Source: Bdellovibrionales bacterium
Lineage (GTDB): Bacteria > Bdellovibrionota > Bdellovibrionia > Bdellovibrionales > UBA1609
Reading direction: 5' to 3'
Assembly (NCBI GenBank): GCA_027317865.1
Contig: DAHVQG010000007.1
Location: 86,408 to 150,407 of the forward strand
Length of the DNA: 64,000 bases
In this document: positions 18,395 through 29,059 of the stretch, in pieces
How positions within the stretch are numbered: the stretch's first letter is position 1
How the letters are laid out: each line of letters opens with the position of its first letter
Program-made: the position numbers and the translations under genes
Notes under the pieces: model-generated
Told to the model about the DNA's origin: nothing
Seen by the model: only the letters and a program-made list of their open reading frames with translations
Database searches by the model: none

Positions 18395-18994
18395 GATCTC
18401 GAACATTCCTTTTGTATTGAAATTGAGAAGTCCGATTTGTATTCCATGCAAGTTGTCCGTTCGGTTGAGCAAACCGATTTGAAAGCCGTAAATCGATCGT
18501 GCAACGTTATAGAGCCCCAACTGAACGCCGTGTACTTTCGTGTGCGGGGCATAGTTCCCAATCAAACCGATTTGGGCGCCATAGACGCTCGACCCGGCCG
18601 TATTAATGTTCAAGCCCAACGTTAATTGAGCGCCAAGAACGAAAGTGCTTTCGGTATTGTAGTTCGTCAGGCCGGCAAGCTGTACCCCCAAAATGTCGGT
18701 TGTACCGTGAGTGATGTTAAATACGCCTGAAATCGCCGTCCCGCCGAATTGTACCGTCGTGACGTTACCGAGACCGCCGACATCAAGGCCATACACGTGG
18801 CGGTTGTGCCCCCAAAGTAAGCTAAGACGCGCTCCACTGACGCCAAATGTACTCGGTGGCAATTGTACGGGAGGGATCAACGACACGGCAATCGGGGAGT
18901 ACATCGCGGCATGTGCGCGAATCGATACTGTTAAACAAGAAATGCCTAGTAGGCAACTCATGACAATAATTCGAAAGGATGTCGTTTTTCGCAT
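18368..18994 (-). CDS. Secreted repeat protein with tandem G-[VIF]-Q-[LI]-G-L-x-N units and a C-terminal Phe (OM/surface protein-like)
   Basis: Signal peptide, then repeats [47 protein letters not shown]. It ends ...LLNIGF. Confidence 0.55.
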   Translation of the reverse strand: MRKTTSFRIIVMSCLLGISCLTVSIRAHAAMYSPIAVSLIPPVQLPPSTFGVSGARLSLLWGHNRHVYGLDVGGLGNVTTVQFGGTAISGVFNITHGTTDILGVQLAGLTNYNTESTFVLGAQLTLGLNINTAGSSVYGAQIGLIGNYAPHTKVHGVQLGLYNVARSIYGFQIGLLNRTDNLHGIQIGLLNFNTKGMFEISPLLNIGF

Positions 18995-19187
18995 TTGGTA
19001 ACTCCTTTTAGCTATTTACATTTTACGGGAATTCGCCTCGAACGTCGAATCGGACTAGATGTTTGGCCTGGGTTTCAGGGGTTTGTTGTACAATTAATGA
19101 ATGAATATTAAAAATTTTAAACTATTTGGGTTGATTCTTTAATCGCCATTGACAACCGGACGCGGATAAGCGAAACGAAGGCTCAAT

Positions 19188-19898
19188 ATGTTAACAGTTC
19201 GGAAGTCACAAGAGCGCGGCTCATTTGACCACGGTTGGCTTAAAACGTTTCATACGTTTTCTTTCGGGCAATATTTCGACCCCGATTTTACCGGGTACAG
19301 TGTATTACGTGTCATTAATGAAGATCGAATCCGCGGTTGTGGTGCTTTTGCGATGCATGGGCACAAAGACATGGAAATTGTCACTTACATCATTAGTGGC
19401 GCGGTTGAACATAAAGACAGCATGGGCCAGTCAACCGTTGTACGTGCGGGGCAAGTTCAGCGCATGACAGCAGGCAGCGGGGTGCGCCACTCAGAAGCGA
19501 ATCATTTTTCTGATCGCGATACCCATTTGTTACAGATTTGGATTGTGCCGCAAGTTGATTCACTTGAGCCCAGTTATGAGCAGAAAGATTTTTCGCAATC
19601 TCGAGAAAATTTGTGTTTGATTGTTTCGCGCGACGGCCGCGAAGGTTCCGTGTCGATCCATCAGGATGTCGATATATACGCTGGCCGTGTTCAAAATATT
19701 CCACTTGTACTGCAACTTCCAGTTCTGGCTTCGCGTCGCGGATGGGTACAAATGATAAGCGGCAAGGCCCGGGTCTCGGCGAACGATAAAGAATCAGCCA
19801 ATGCTCAGGCGGGCGATGGCGTGGCCATTTACGGTGTTAACGAAGTTAAAGTTCATTGCGAACCAGGCGCCCACTTTTTATTTTTTGATTTGCCCTAG
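19188..19898 (+). CDS. Pirin family protein (bicupin)
   Basis: FDHGWL.TFHTFSF, HGHKDMEIVTYIISG, GSGVRHSE. Confidence 0.85.
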   Translation: MLTVRKSQERGSFDHGWLKTFHTFSFGQYFDPDFTGYSVLRVINEDRIRGCGAFAMHGHKDMEIVTYIISGAVEHKDSMGQSTVVRAGQVQRMTAGSGVRHSEANHFSDRDTHLLQIWIVPQVDSLEPSYEQKDFSQSRENLCLIVSRDGREGSVSIHQDVDIYAGRVQNIPLVLQLPVLASRRGWVQMISGKARVSANDKESANAQAGDGVAIYGVNEVKVHCEPGAHFLFFDLP

Positions 19899-19921
19899 GC
19901 TTTCATCTTTCGAGCGGGAGA

Positions 19922-20926
19922 TTAAGCAAATACGCTCGCGAGAACAAAGCTGAGGAGACCCAGTACATACGCGACGACCATTGAAATTAATAAGAAATTT
20001 GTTTCTTTTGGAGCATCCCGAAATTCATCCCAAAAGTAAATCGACCAAAGCGCAGAAATGAGCATAGCGCCTTCTGAGATTCCGAACGAAACTCCAAAGC
20101 CCATGCGTTCCGCAGCGAGTACGCTGAGTTCAAGGCCGAAACACCAAATTGAGCCGCTTAAAACTCCGACTAAGTGATCGCGCAAACTTGCATTCAAATA
20201 GTCGTCAATTGTGAGCGGCTGGCCCGAGATCGGTTCTTCCATAAGACTGGGGATAAATAGAAGCGCGCTTAAAAAAACGCCAACAGCAAATGAAAATACG
20301 GACCCATAGGGCCCCAGTTTGCCTATTTCGGGCGGATTGTAATGGTGCGCGGTTGCCATTGCCAGCACACAATAAAACAAACCAAACAAAGCACCGCTTG
20401 CGACAGGTAAAACCAGTTTTGAAAGTGACGGACGCGTTCTTTGCGGGCGAACATACTTAAAGGCTTGAGCATCCAACCAAATTGCATAAACGATCAATAT
20501 AACGCCGGCAAACAATAGTGCCGGGTGCCCCTTTGGCGAAGTGATGTAATTTGAGAGGACCCCCACGACAAGGCCAGCAACCACCGTGACCGGTAGTGCG
20601 ATTTGTATTCCGACCGAGGCGATCGCATTTACAATTAAAACGTTTGAAAAGTTAAATAAGATTCCACTCGAAAAGGCGAGTACGAAATAATCAACTTTTG
20701 ACTGCGCGAGATCGTCGAAGAATGACCGGCCCACGTTGCCAACCGAACCCCATGTAAAACCGAGCACGATGGTTGCGAGCAAAATGCCAATTGCATGGTC
20801 CCAATAGAATAACTCAAAACGCCACTTTTCAATCGCCAGATTTTCGATTTTAGCCCAAGAACCCCAGCAAACCATTGTAATCAAACAGCATATGATGGCT
20901 TCGGCAAAGGTACTGGGGACATACAT
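19922..20926 (-). CDS. Polytopic membrane permease (about 10 TM, DMT-superfamily / sugar- or ureide-permease-like)
   Basis: Hydrophobicity pattern with two similar 5-TM halves. No diagnostic motif. Confidence 0.45.
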   Translation of the reverse strand: MYVPSTFAEAIICCLITMVCWGSWAKIENLAIEKWRFELFYWDHAIGILLATIVLGFTWGSVGNVGRSFFDDLAQSKVDYFVLAFSSGILFNFSNVLIVNAIASVGIQIALPVTVVAGLVVGVLSNYITSPKGHPALLFAGVILIVYAIWLDAQAFKYVRPQRTRPSLSKLVLPVASGALFGLFYCVLAMATAHHYNPPEIGKLGPYGSVFSFAVGVFLSALLFIPSLMEEPISGQPLTIDDYLNASLRDHLVGVLSGSIWCFGLELSVLAAERMGFGVSFGISEGAMLISALWSIYFWDEFRDAPKETNFLLISMVVAYVLGLLSFVLASVFA

Positions 20927-21021
20927 GAGATCCTCCGCGTGGATCCAGCCCGAAGACGGCAGTTTGAGAGCTGCCGTCTATTTTCATACCCGGTTCGACC
21001 CGCGCGGAGGGTAAATATTTT

Positions 21022-22515
21022 TTAATTCTGCACGTTCAGCGCAAATTTTTGGCTATCGACGAATGTTTTATGGCCGGCGGAATACGATTGTCCCTGCAAC
21101 CATAAAATGTACGTTCCGTTGGGTACGGTCGGCGTGCGCCAGCCCATCGTCATTTCGCTTGCTACGTTAGGCGAACCGTAGTGCGTTACTTTACCGTTTG
21201 GGTCTTGAATAAAGAGCGAAATTCTTTGAAGCGGAACAGAACTTGTTGTGTCAACCGCCACATTAAATACTATTCGGCCGTGCACGGGCTGAGTGGCATC
21301 AAACTTTGGCGTCGCCACGATTTTGTAATTTTCCGGTTGATTGGCCACGTAGAAATAGCGGTAAATCTTCGCGGCACTGTTGCCTGCAACCAAAGTATAT
21401 TTACCATCTGGCAATGTGGTCGTGTTCAATGTTAAATTGCACGCGCGAGAATGGCATGAAGTGTGAGCATTTTGGGCGTGGCTCGCATTTTCAATCGAGA
21501 GATTAAGCGCTCCATTATTCATTGTCGGATTTGCTTCAAGATCAGAAGCGCTGAATGTTCTGACGCCCGAAACAAAAGTGCGGTCGCGAAGCGGTGAGTA
21601 AATATAGTCTGGTGATTTGTTGAGTTGAAACTGCGTGTTATTTTGCCCGATGCCCGAAATGTCATCGTAGCTAACATAAGCAAAACCTTTCATGCCCCAA
21701 CTTCGGCCCCAACTGTTGCGAATGATCCACGCGCCTTTGGCATCATTGTAACCAATCAGAGAAACCGCGTGCCCACCGAGCTCGGGGCCGGTTACGTGCT
21801 TATAAACGCCGCTCGAGTAAGTGATGAAATCAGAATAAACAACCATGGTTGTGACCATCGGGCCGTTTTGTAACGCTTCTTTGACTTGTTCCATACCGTA
21901 CGGGTTTGTGTACGACGAAATTTTGATGGAACGTTGCGCAGCGTTCGGGCAAATCGAAGAACAATCGACATCTTTACCTGTTGCGCCTTCTGTATAAGGC
22001 GCACAAGCTTCGTCGGGGACACCATTGGATACAAGAAATTGTGCGGCGAGATTGGGCATCCAGCCGTAATCGCACATGCCGCCGCCACAAGCGAATAATG
22101 CTTGGGGCGAAAGTTCCAAATCAAGACTCGGAATGCCAGAAGTAACGTTGATTTGCGATTCGAGCGTGCCGATCGTGGCAAATGCGACACAACTTCCACA
22201 CTCGCCTTGATTGAGCATCGGTGCTTCGTAATCAAAACCGTTATGGTTACGCCAATCAAGAGACGGCGGTATGTTTGCCGGAGTGTAATTCAAAGTTGAG
22301 AAATCAACGGGAGAAGGATGCACGCCTCGCGCGCCCATCATGTGCACCAATTCAGTACGCGACAAATGGTTCAACCAGTTGTCTTTTGCGCGCCAGGTGG
22401 CGTGGTTTGCCTCTAAATGTTTATTTAAAAGTTTAACCGATAAAAATTCAGCACCAAATGCACGGGCCGTGTACAACAGCGGCATACATGCCAATAAAAC
22501 GAGCAGCTTTTTCAT
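21022..22515 (-). CDS. Secreted papain-family (C1A) cysteine protease with a C-terminal beta-rich extension
   Basis: Signal peptide. QGECGSCVAFA (Gln/Cys), GGHAVSLIGYN (His), IIRNSWGRSWGMKGF (Asn-Ser-Trp). Confidence 0.85.
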   Translation of the reverse strand: MKKLLVLLACMPLLYTARAFGAEFLSVKLLNKHLEANHATWRAKDNWLNHLSRTELVHMMGARGVHPSPVDFSTLNYTPANIPPSLDWRNHNGFDYEAPMLNQGECGSCVAFATIGTLESQINVTSGIPSLDLELSPQALFACGGGMCDYGWMPNLAAQFLVSNGVPDEACAPYTEGATGKDVDCSSICPNAAQRSIKISSYTNPYGMEQVKEALQNGPMVTTMVVYSDFITYSSGVYKHVTGPELGGHAVSLIGYNDAKGAWIIRNSWGRSWGMKGFAYVSYDDISGIGQNNTQFQLNKSPDYIYSPLRDRTFVSGVRTFSASDLEANPTMNNGALNLSIENASHAQNAHTSCHSRACNLTLNTTTLPDGKYTLVAGNSAAKIYRYFYVANQPENYKIVATPKFDATQPVHGRIVFNVAVDTTSSVPLQRISLFIQDPNGKVTHYGSPNVASEMTMGWRTPTVPNGTYILWLQGQSYSAGHKTFVDSQKFALNVQN

Positions 22516-22570
22516 GAAAATCCCCCTCCCATAGGTGAAAAGCTTACCGGCTGGGGGATTTATGAATACT

Positions 22571-22599
22571 GCTAGTTTTTAATGAGACTAAAAACTAGC
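22571..22599 (-). terminator. AT-rich 11-bp perfect hairpin downstream of the KGG-repeat gene (candidate terminator)
   Basis: gctagttttta-atgagac-taaaaactagc. It lies 22 nt after the stop of the minus-strand gene 22621-23022. The T-tract is weak. Confidence 0.35.
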
Positions 22600-22620
22600 C
22601 TTTGGTTTTGGTATCTCGCA

Positions 22621-23022
22621 CTAATGCCATTTTTCTTCGTCGAAGTCTTTGTAATCTTCGTCGCGACTTGAGCGTGAACTGCGGCCATAATTGGTTTGGT
22701 CGAAGTTGCGTTCATCATAGGCGCGTTGACTTCGTCGGCCTCTCGCCGATCGCGCGCGCTCAATGTAACCATCTCTCACGGGCTCTCTGACATTTCGAGT
22801 TTGAGGACGTACATAATCGCGGCCTCTACCGCCGTGACTAGCTCGGCCACCCATGCTTGCAATTGCTCGTCGTTCTGCGAGTGACATCGCGGCGAATCCG
22901 CGCCGACTTGTTCCGCTTTTTTTCTTCGAAGCCTTACGAGACTTGAAGCTTCGTCGCGTGGGTGTGTGTCGTCGTGCACGTGAAGTTCTACTTTGTGTTC
23001 GTGCCATTTTCGAACCCTCCAT
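22621..23022 (-). CDS. Highly basic stress-protein-like (KGG/YciG-type repeat) protein
   Basis: RGFAAMSLAERRAIASMGGRASHGG resembles the KGG stress-induced repeat. The protein is Arg/Ser-rich throughout. Confidence 0.5.
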   Translation of the reverse strand: MEGSKMARTQSRTSRARRHTPTRRSFKSRKASKKKSGTSRRGFAAMSLAERRAIASMGGRASHGGRGRDYVRPQTRNVREPVRDGYIERARSARGRRSQRAYDERNFDQTNYGRSSRSSRDEDYKDFDEEKWH

Positions 23023-23193
23023 TTGAAGTCGTAGTAACTGTTGTTTTCGGACTTTGTCTTACTGTCTAATTATTCGAACAGTGCAACTATTGTGCCACTA
23101 CGGCACAGTTTAGACACAATGGCGCGGGCACGCTTTCGGTTATACTGACACGTGGAGAAGTTCCTCTAGAACTGCTAATCTGTGGACACTATT

Positions 23194-23733
23194 TCATCGA
23201 CCGTATCGCGCTTGCAGACGACCGGCCGCAATCTTCAAATGGTTGAGATTGAATCCAACCATTGCGGCTGTTGCATTTTCATCGAGCGGAACTTTTTCTT
23301 TTAAAGCATACACAGTAAATACGTAGCGGTGCGGTTTTCCGGGAGGCGGGCAAGGACCGCCGTAACCGAATTGACCGTAATCGTTTCGGCCTTGAATTGC
23401 GCCTTCTGGGAGTGGTGCCTTGCCGGAACCAGCGCCGAGCGCGAGGTGATTCACATTTGCGGGAATGTTAAACACGATCCAGTGCCACCATCCCGAACCG
23501 GTCGGTGCATCGGGGTCAAATACCGTGACGGCAAATGCTTTGGTATTTTTCGGCGCTCCCGACCATTCAAGATCCGGCGAAATGTTTTGCCCATCACAAC
23601 CGGAACCGTTGAACACTTGCTCTATCGGAATTGATTTGCCTTTTCGAATCGCGTTACTTTTTAACGTTAACGTAGATGCCATACTCGCCACTCCTAAAAC
23701 GATTGTTGCTATAAAAAATTGTCGAACGATCAT
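23194..23733 (-). CDS. YbhB/YbcL family PEBP (Raf-kinase-inhibitor-like) periplasmic protein
   Basis: FDPDAPTGSGWWHW, YGGPCPPPGKPHRYVFTVYAL. Signal peptide present. Confidence 0.85.
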   Translation of the reverse strand: MIVRQFFIATIVLGVASMASTLTLKSNAIRKGKSIPIEQVFNGSGCDGQNISPDLEWSGAPKNTKAFAVTVFDPDAPTGSGWWHWIVFNIPANVNHLALGAGSGKAPLPEGAIQGRNDYGQFGYGGPCPPPGKPHRYVFTVYALKEKVPLDENATAAMVGFNLNHLKIAAGRLQARYGR

Positions 23734-23743
23734 CTTCGTAAGC

Positions 23744-24250
23744 CTAATCGGGGAGTGTTAGAAAAACAAGCGCAGCTGAGTCGATAACCAGTAATCGAGT
23801 TGCGGCGTTGAGCGCGCCTGACCATGGTGCGGGGGCGAGCCACAAGTAAAACCATTCTCCGCCGATTGTAATAAAGCCGGTAGTGAAAAGAACGAAACCA
23901 ATTGTTAAACCGATTAGGGCCCACGACTTAGCGTTCGCAAATTGTTCGTTTGAGCCATGACGTATTTTATATAGGTCAGTCGCGCCGCCTAAACACAAAA
24001 TTGCGGCGACCATTTCGGCAACGATAATGAGTAAATAAACGGCGTGATGCGCGAGAGGCGAATGAAATGCCCGCCAATGTGGTGCGAGGGTAGGCAATGC
24101 CTTCATATTCAGAACATGTTCAACGTATGAAAAGTTGATGTCGTAATTGAAAATATTGTTCAACGCAATTGCGCCTAACAATACTGCAACACAACTGACC
24201 ACAGTGATTTTGCAATAACGTAAAACCATCATATTGCGATTTGTTTGCAA
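23744..24250 (-). CDS. Small integral membrane protein (DUF2165-like)
   Basis: 4 TM helices, ~160 aa. The track start is TTG; the in-frame ATG-ATG 18 nt downstream is more likely. Confidence 0.4.
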   Translation of the reverse strand: MQTNRNMMVLRYCKITVVSCVAVLLGAIALNNIFNYDINFSYVEHVLNMKALPTLAPHWRAFHSPLAHHAVYLLIIVAEMVAAILCLGGATDLYKIRHGSNEQFANAKSWALIGLTIGFVLFTTGFITIGGEWFYLWLAPAPWSGALNAATRLLVIDSAALVFLTLPD

Positions 24251-24626
24251 AAATAGTGCTAACTTCGCTGTGGCCTATTGCCAGGAAAACAGTGGGCATG
24301 GTTCCGAATTCGGCCTTGTCCCGCCTCTAATTAGCGTCGGTGTGTCGGTCTGTTTTGTTTGCGATGCAATACCCGGACCCTCCGGGCATTTTTGACAATG
24401 CAAGATTACGTCAAACTAAATCAGCTCGAGTCGTAGGGATTTGATCGCGTTGGTGGTCGATTTTTTGTGCGGTGGTTGAGCGTTGTGAATACGTCTTGAG
24501 TTCCTGTCGCTAAAACGCTGGGATTAAGACGAAAACGCGGCGTGAGGTTTCGTTGCCTAAATTTGGCGTGATTCACGGAGTCCTAAACCATAGACAATAA
24601 ATCTTCAAAGATTTAATCATTATTAC

Positions 24627-24785
24627 ATGGAAATAATCAGACCTGGAAAAAGTTCGGATGCCGAAGCTATTGCAAAGGTCCACGTTATCGCGTGGCGTGA
24701 AACCTACGCGGGAATTGTTCCCAACGACTATTTGGATTCGCTTTCCGTTTATTGTTCAACGTATGCCTGTCGAGTTTTTGGTTGA
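24627..24785 (+). pseudogene. N-terminal remnant of a GNAT acetyltransferase (about 40 homologous residues, then stop)
   Basis: My translation is MEIIRPGKSSDAEAIAKVHVIAWRETYAGIVPNDYLDSLS..., a typical GNAT N-terminus. It terminates at codon 53, and the acetyl-CoA-binding motifs are absent. Confidence 0.45.
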
Positions 24786-24820
24786 TGACGAATCAACCCG
24801 CATGGACTAGAAGCAGAAGT

Positions 24821-25195
24821 ATGCCGACTCAATTAATTGAATCTTCATGTCATTGTGGTGCTGTAAAGTTGCAGATCGAAGGCGATATTCCTGAAACGTT
24901 GACCTCATGCAATTGTTCGCTCTGTCGCCGATACGGAGATTTAATGGCTTATTATTCACCCACAAAAGTTAAAATCTTTGCTGAGTCTGGTGCCACTGAT
25001 GAATACATTTGGGGAGACAAGAGTATCGCATTTGTCCGATGTAGTAATTGTGGCTGCTTTAGTCATTGGAGAAGTTTAGATCCCAATCAAAACGATCGAA
25101 TGGGCGTAAACGCGCGGCTCTTTACAAACGTTGAAATCGACAAAATTCGCATCCGCCATTTCGATGGGGCAAACACCTGGCAATATCTTGACTGA
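24821..25195 (+). CDS. GFA (glutathione-dependent formaldehyde-activating / CENP-V) family Zn protein
   Basis: SCHCGAV, CNCSLCRR, RCSNCG Cys motifs. The likely start is the internal ATG at 24821 (MPTQLIE). Confidence 0.8.
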   Translation: MPTQLIESSCHCGAVKLQIEGDIPETLTSCNCSLCRRYGDLMAYYSPTKVKIFAESGATDEYIWGDKSIAFVRCSNCGCFSHWRSLDPNQNDRMGVNARLFTNVEIDKIRIRHFDGANTWQYLD

Positions 25196-25233
25196 TTTTT
25201 GAATGGAACCGTTAGCAAACCAAATCCGACCGG

Positions 25234-25677
25234 CTAACAAAACAAAGCACGGATTTTGGTGCAGTAAGGTTTGGCGAAAAGAGCGAGGTATAATTCAAGC
25301 AGAGTGACTACGATTGCAAGTGGCAAGCCCGAACGGTCGATAAAAAAGTGAAACAAAAAAATGTTAGCAACTACGGGTGCCAGTATAACAACTCCAAGTG
25401 AAACGTAGGCGCCGGTCAGAAGTAGTGCTCCACCAACGACTTGCACCCCAAAAAGAAACGGAATGAAATAGCCGGTCGCATATAAGCCCGAGAAAAACTG
25501 TTCGGGTCTTCCGTGCATCGGCGGCATCGGCAGAAAATGAAAAAATCCGTTGAGGCCAAACACGACAAATATCAAGCCCAATACAATGCGTGCGATTGTG
25601 GTCAATTTGCTCAAGTGGAGGCTCCTTGCCAGATAATTAAATGGTTTCTTCACAAAAATTGTTCCACCATGCAGCAA
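25234..25677 (-). CDS. DoxX-like 4-TM membrane protein
   Basis: Hydrophobic profile. RIVLGLIFVVFGLNGFFHF. Confidence 0.45.
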   Translation of the reverse strand: MLHGGTIFVKKPFNYLARSLHLSKLTTIARIVLGLIFVVFGLNGFFHFLPMPPMHGRPEQFFSGLYATGYFIPFLFGVQVVGGALLLTGAYVSLGVVILAPVVANIFLFHFFIDRSGLPLAIVVTLLELYLALFAKPYCTKIRALFC

Positions 25678-25717
25678 CCCGTGTCAATATGACGCAATTA
25701 CATTTAGAATGGCATGA

Positions 25718-26638
25718 ATGAACCCCATCATTGAAGTTTCACATTTAAATAAGATTTATGCCGGTGGTTTTCAGGCGCTAAAGGACGTCAGTCTTCAAAT
25801 TGATAAGGGCGAGATCTTTGCGCTTCTTGGGCCGAACGGTGCGGGCAAAACAACGCTGATTCATATTATTTGTGGGATCGTCAACCGGACTTCCGGTGAA
25901 GTGTTGGTTGATGGTCACGATATTATACGTGACTACCGGTACACCCGTTCGCTGATTGGGTTGGTTCCACAAGAATTAGCGACCGATCAATTTGAAACCG
26001 TATGGAATATCGTCCGTTTCAGCCGCGGCATTTTTGATCAACCAAAAAACCCGGCTTATCTTGAAAGCGTGCTGAAAAATCTCGCGCTGTGGGAGAAACG
26101 CAAAAACAAAATTATGACATTATCGGGCGGGATGAAACGACGTGTGATGATTGCCAAAGCACTCGCGCACGAACCGCAGATTTTGTTTTTGGACGAACCA
26201 ACGGCCGGTGTCGATGTCGAACTTCGCAAAAGCATGTGGGAGCAAGTGCGGCGGCTTCGCGAATCGGGCGTCACGATCATTCTTACCACGCACTATATCG
26301 AAGAGGCGGAAGAACTTGCCGATCGAATCGGCGTGATTAACCACGGGGAGCTTATCGTAACCGAAGATAAAAGTCGTTTGATGAAAAAATTGGGTAAAAA
26401 AGAATTGAACCTTGAACTCAAAGCGCCGCTCAAAGCCATTCCCGAGGCACTTTCGGGTTACCAGCTCAAATTATCGCCGGATGGTCTGGTGCTGACTTTG
26501 GCTTACGATTCAACGCACAACGAAAGCGGAATTACAGAATTATTGGATCGACTTAAAGAAAACGGCGTGAGTTACAAAGACATTTATACCAAACAAAGCA
26601 GTCTTGAAGAAATATTTGTGCAATTGGTGCATCAATGA
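25718..26638 (+). CDS. ABC transporter ATP-binding protein (ABC-2 exporter type)
   Basis: Walker [10 protein letters not shown], signature LSGGMKRR, Walker [10 protein letters not shown]-loop TTHY. Confidence 0.9.
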   Translation: MNPIIEVSHLNKIYAGGFQALKDVSLQIDKGEIFALLGPNGAGKTTLIHIICGIVNRTSGEVLVDGHDIIRDYRYTRSLIGLVPQELATDQFETVWNIVRFSRGIFDQPKNPAYLESVLKNLALWEKRKNKIMTLSGGMKRRVMIAKALAHEPQILFLDEPTAGVDVELRKSMWEQVRRLRESGVTIILTTHYIEEAEELADRIGVINHGELIVTEDKSRLMKKLGKKELNLELKAPLKAIPEALSGYQLKLSPDGLVLTLAYDSTHNESGITELLDRLKENGVSYKDIYTKQSSLEEIFVQLVHQ

Positions 26639-27402
26639 GAATTAATTTTCGAGCGATTGGGGCCATATATAGGTTTGAAATGGCGCGAACATTTCGAACA
26701 ATCCTGCAGAGTATAGCGTCGCCGGTGATTTCGACGACGTTGTATTTTATCGTTTTCGGGTCCGCGATCGGTAAGCACATGAGCGCTGTTAACGGTGTAA
26801 GTTACGGGGCTTTTATTGTTCCGGGTCTTACAATGCTAACGGTACTGCAACAAAGTGTCGCCAATGCGTCGTTCGGAATTTATTTTCCGCGTTTTGTCGG
26901 GACGATTTACGAAGTTCTTTCGGCGCCCGTCTCATACTTCGAAATTTTGGTCGGATATGTCGGAGCGGCTACAACGAAGGCTATGATGGTCGGAACGATC
27001 ATTCTGCTAACGTCATGCTTTTTTGTGCCGTTACATGTTGACCATCCGTTTTGGATGATCGGTTTTCTTTTGCTGACATCTTTATCATTCAGTCTTTTGG
27101 GTTTTATCATTGGCATTTGGGCCGATGGGTTTGAGAAGCTGCAGCTCATACCGCTTCTCATCATCACGCCGCTGGCGTTTTTAGGCGGTGCTTTTTATTC
27201 CATCAAAATGCTGCCGCCGCTGTGGCAAAAAATTTCGATGGCCAATCCGGTTGTCTATTTGATCAGCGGTTTTCGCTGGAGCTTTTATGAAAGATCGGAT
27301 GTCAGCGTGCAGACAAGTCTTTTGATGATCAGTCTTTTTCTCGCCATTTGCATATTAATCGTAGCGAGAATTTTTAAAACCGGTTACCGGCTCAAAACAT
27401 GA
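26635..27402 (+). CDS. ABC-2 type transporter permease
   Basis: 6 TM helices. Translationally coupled to the ATPase (overlapping ATGA). YadH-like layout. Confidence 0.85.
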   Translation: MRINFRAIGAIYRFEMARTFRTILQSIASPVISTTLYFIVFGSAIGKHMSAVNGVSYGAFIVPGLTMLTVLQQSVANASFGIYFPRFVGTIYEVLSAPVSYFEILVGYVGAATTKAMMVGTIILLTSCFFVPLHVDHPFWMIGFLLLTSLSFSLLGFIIGIWADGFEKLQLIPLLIITPLAFLGGAFYSIKMLPPLWQKISMANPVVYLISGFRWSFYERSDVSVQTSLLMISLFLAICILIVARIFKTGYRLKT

Positions 27403-28958
27403 TAGATCCGAAGTCGTCAGTTCTCGACAACCGGTATTTTGCGGTGCCGTTGCGCGATTGGACCTGGCTTTTTGCGCTCGGGCTCCTTCGCTTTTTGATC
27501 GGTCTACATTACGGTTTGGGCGTCGACGAAGCTCATTACGCGCTGTATGGTTTGCACCTCGATTGGAGTTATTTCGACGACACACCGCTAGTCGGTTGGG
27601 TTCAAGCGATTTTTTTACATTTGTTTGGACTTCATGATTGGGTCGTACATCTACCGGCTGAAATTGCCGGTGTCGTTTCAGGTCTCTTAGCCTTTCGTTT
27701 ATGTGAAAAACTCACTGGTGATGTAAGGGCCGCGCGTTGGGGCGCAATCGCTTTAAGCGTTTCATTTTTGCCAAACGGTCTTTGGTTTATGCTGGAGCCC
27801 GACACCCTCCTTCTCATTTTTGTATTTTGGCTTTGTGAAATCGTAATCCGTCTTCGCAACTCCGGTTATCGGAATTGGCGCGAGTGGTGCGAATTGGGTT
27901 TATGTTTGGGGCTCTGCGGGCTATCGAAGTATACCGCCATTATTTTGGTACCCGGACTTTTGCTTTTTTCACTTTGGGAGCGAAATTATCGCGAAATCAA
28001 AGACCATGTGTCAAAGTTTCTCGCCGCTGTGGTGATTGCGTCGATCATTGTTTCACCCGTTTTTTACTGGAATGCGATTCACGGTTGGATCAGTTTTCAT
28101 TATCAAATTTCGCACGTCGTTTATGCTCATCGCCTCTCGCTCAAGCATTATTTGAAAAATTTTGTTTCATTTATAGGCGTGCAAACTGTGGCTTACAGTC
28201 CGTTTGTTATTGCGGCTGCAGCGATCGGCTGGTGGCGATGGAAGCGAAATTTTAGCGAGTTCACTGGCACGCAATTGTCATTGGGGCGACTCATACTTAG
28301 CCTCGCGCTGACTTGCTTGGCCTTTTTTGCTTATACAAGCTCACGACAACCGGGTTTGCCGCACTGGACTTTCTTTGCATGGGGCCTTCTGCTGCCGGCC
28401 GGCGTTTCGATCGGAGCTGCGCCCACGCCGAGTGGCCGCCGTGCAGGCGTGTTTGCGCGCGGGTTGACCGTCGTCTCGAGTCTCGTTGTCGGCGTTTTAT
28501 TTTTCGAACTTGCTTTTCACGTGATTCATTATCCACCATACCGGTCGCCGTATAACGATTTTGCCGGTTGGCAGGAGCTAAGGCCTACGGTTAAGAAGCT
28601 AGTTGCAGAAGAGTGCGAAAATTTCCGTATTCGACCTATGCGTACAAAGGCCGCCGCTTTATGTGAAAAAATTGCTATCGGTGTGCCGAATTGGACTCTT
28701 GGTAGCCGTGCCATGTGGTATTATTCGGGCATCGCGCCCGTTTACGTACTCGACAATAAATTCGACCAGTTCAATTTGTGGGAAGGCAATCCGCCCATCG
28801 GTAAAGACCTTTTGATTTTGCAATGGCGAGGCTTTCCGATGAAGCTCGATCAAAAATCGAAATGTACAAGCATTCAACCCATTGGCACAAAAGTTTTCTC
28901 TGAGCACGGCATACCGATCACTTCGGTAAAACTTTGGTGGTGTTTGGGCTACAAGTAA
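27399..28958 (+). CDS. Glycosyltransferase family 39 (ArnT/PMT-like) membrane protein
   Basis: N-terminal [13 protein letters not shown]...DDTPL loop followed by many TM helices. Coupled to the ABC-2 genes. Confidence 0.7.
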   Translation: MIDPKSSVLDNRYFAVPLRDWTWLFALGLLRFLIGLHYGLGVDEAHYALYGLHLDWSYFDDTPLVGWVQAIFLHLFGLHDWVVHLPAEIAGVVSGLLAFRLCEKLTGDVRAARWGAIALSVSFLPNGLWFMLEPDTLLLIFVFWLCEIVIRLRNSGYRNWREWCELGLCLGLCGLSKYTAIILVPGLLLFSLWERNYREIKDHVSKFLAAVVIASIIVSPVFYWNAIHGWISFHYQISHVVYAHRLSLKHYLKNFVSFIGVQTVAYSPFVIAAAAIGWWRWKRNFSEFTGTQLSLGRLILSLALTCLAFFAYTSSRQPGLPHWTFFAWGLLLPAGVSIGAAPTPSGRRAGVFARGLTVVSSLVVGVLFFELAFHVIHYPPYRSPYNDFAGWQELRPTVKKLVAEECENFRIRPMRTKAAALCEKIAIGVPNWTLGSRAMWYYSGIAPVYVLDNKFDQFNLWEGNPPIGKDLLILQWRGFPMKLDQKSKCTSIQPIGTKVFSEHGIPITSVKLWWCLGYK

Positions 28959-29059
28959 GAATGTTGTTGCCGCGCCCTGGCCCGATCGAAATAAGGCCTT
29001 GCCATACGGGGCGTATTTTTTCAAACTGTGCCTAAGTCATCCGGAGGACATAGCCTAAT

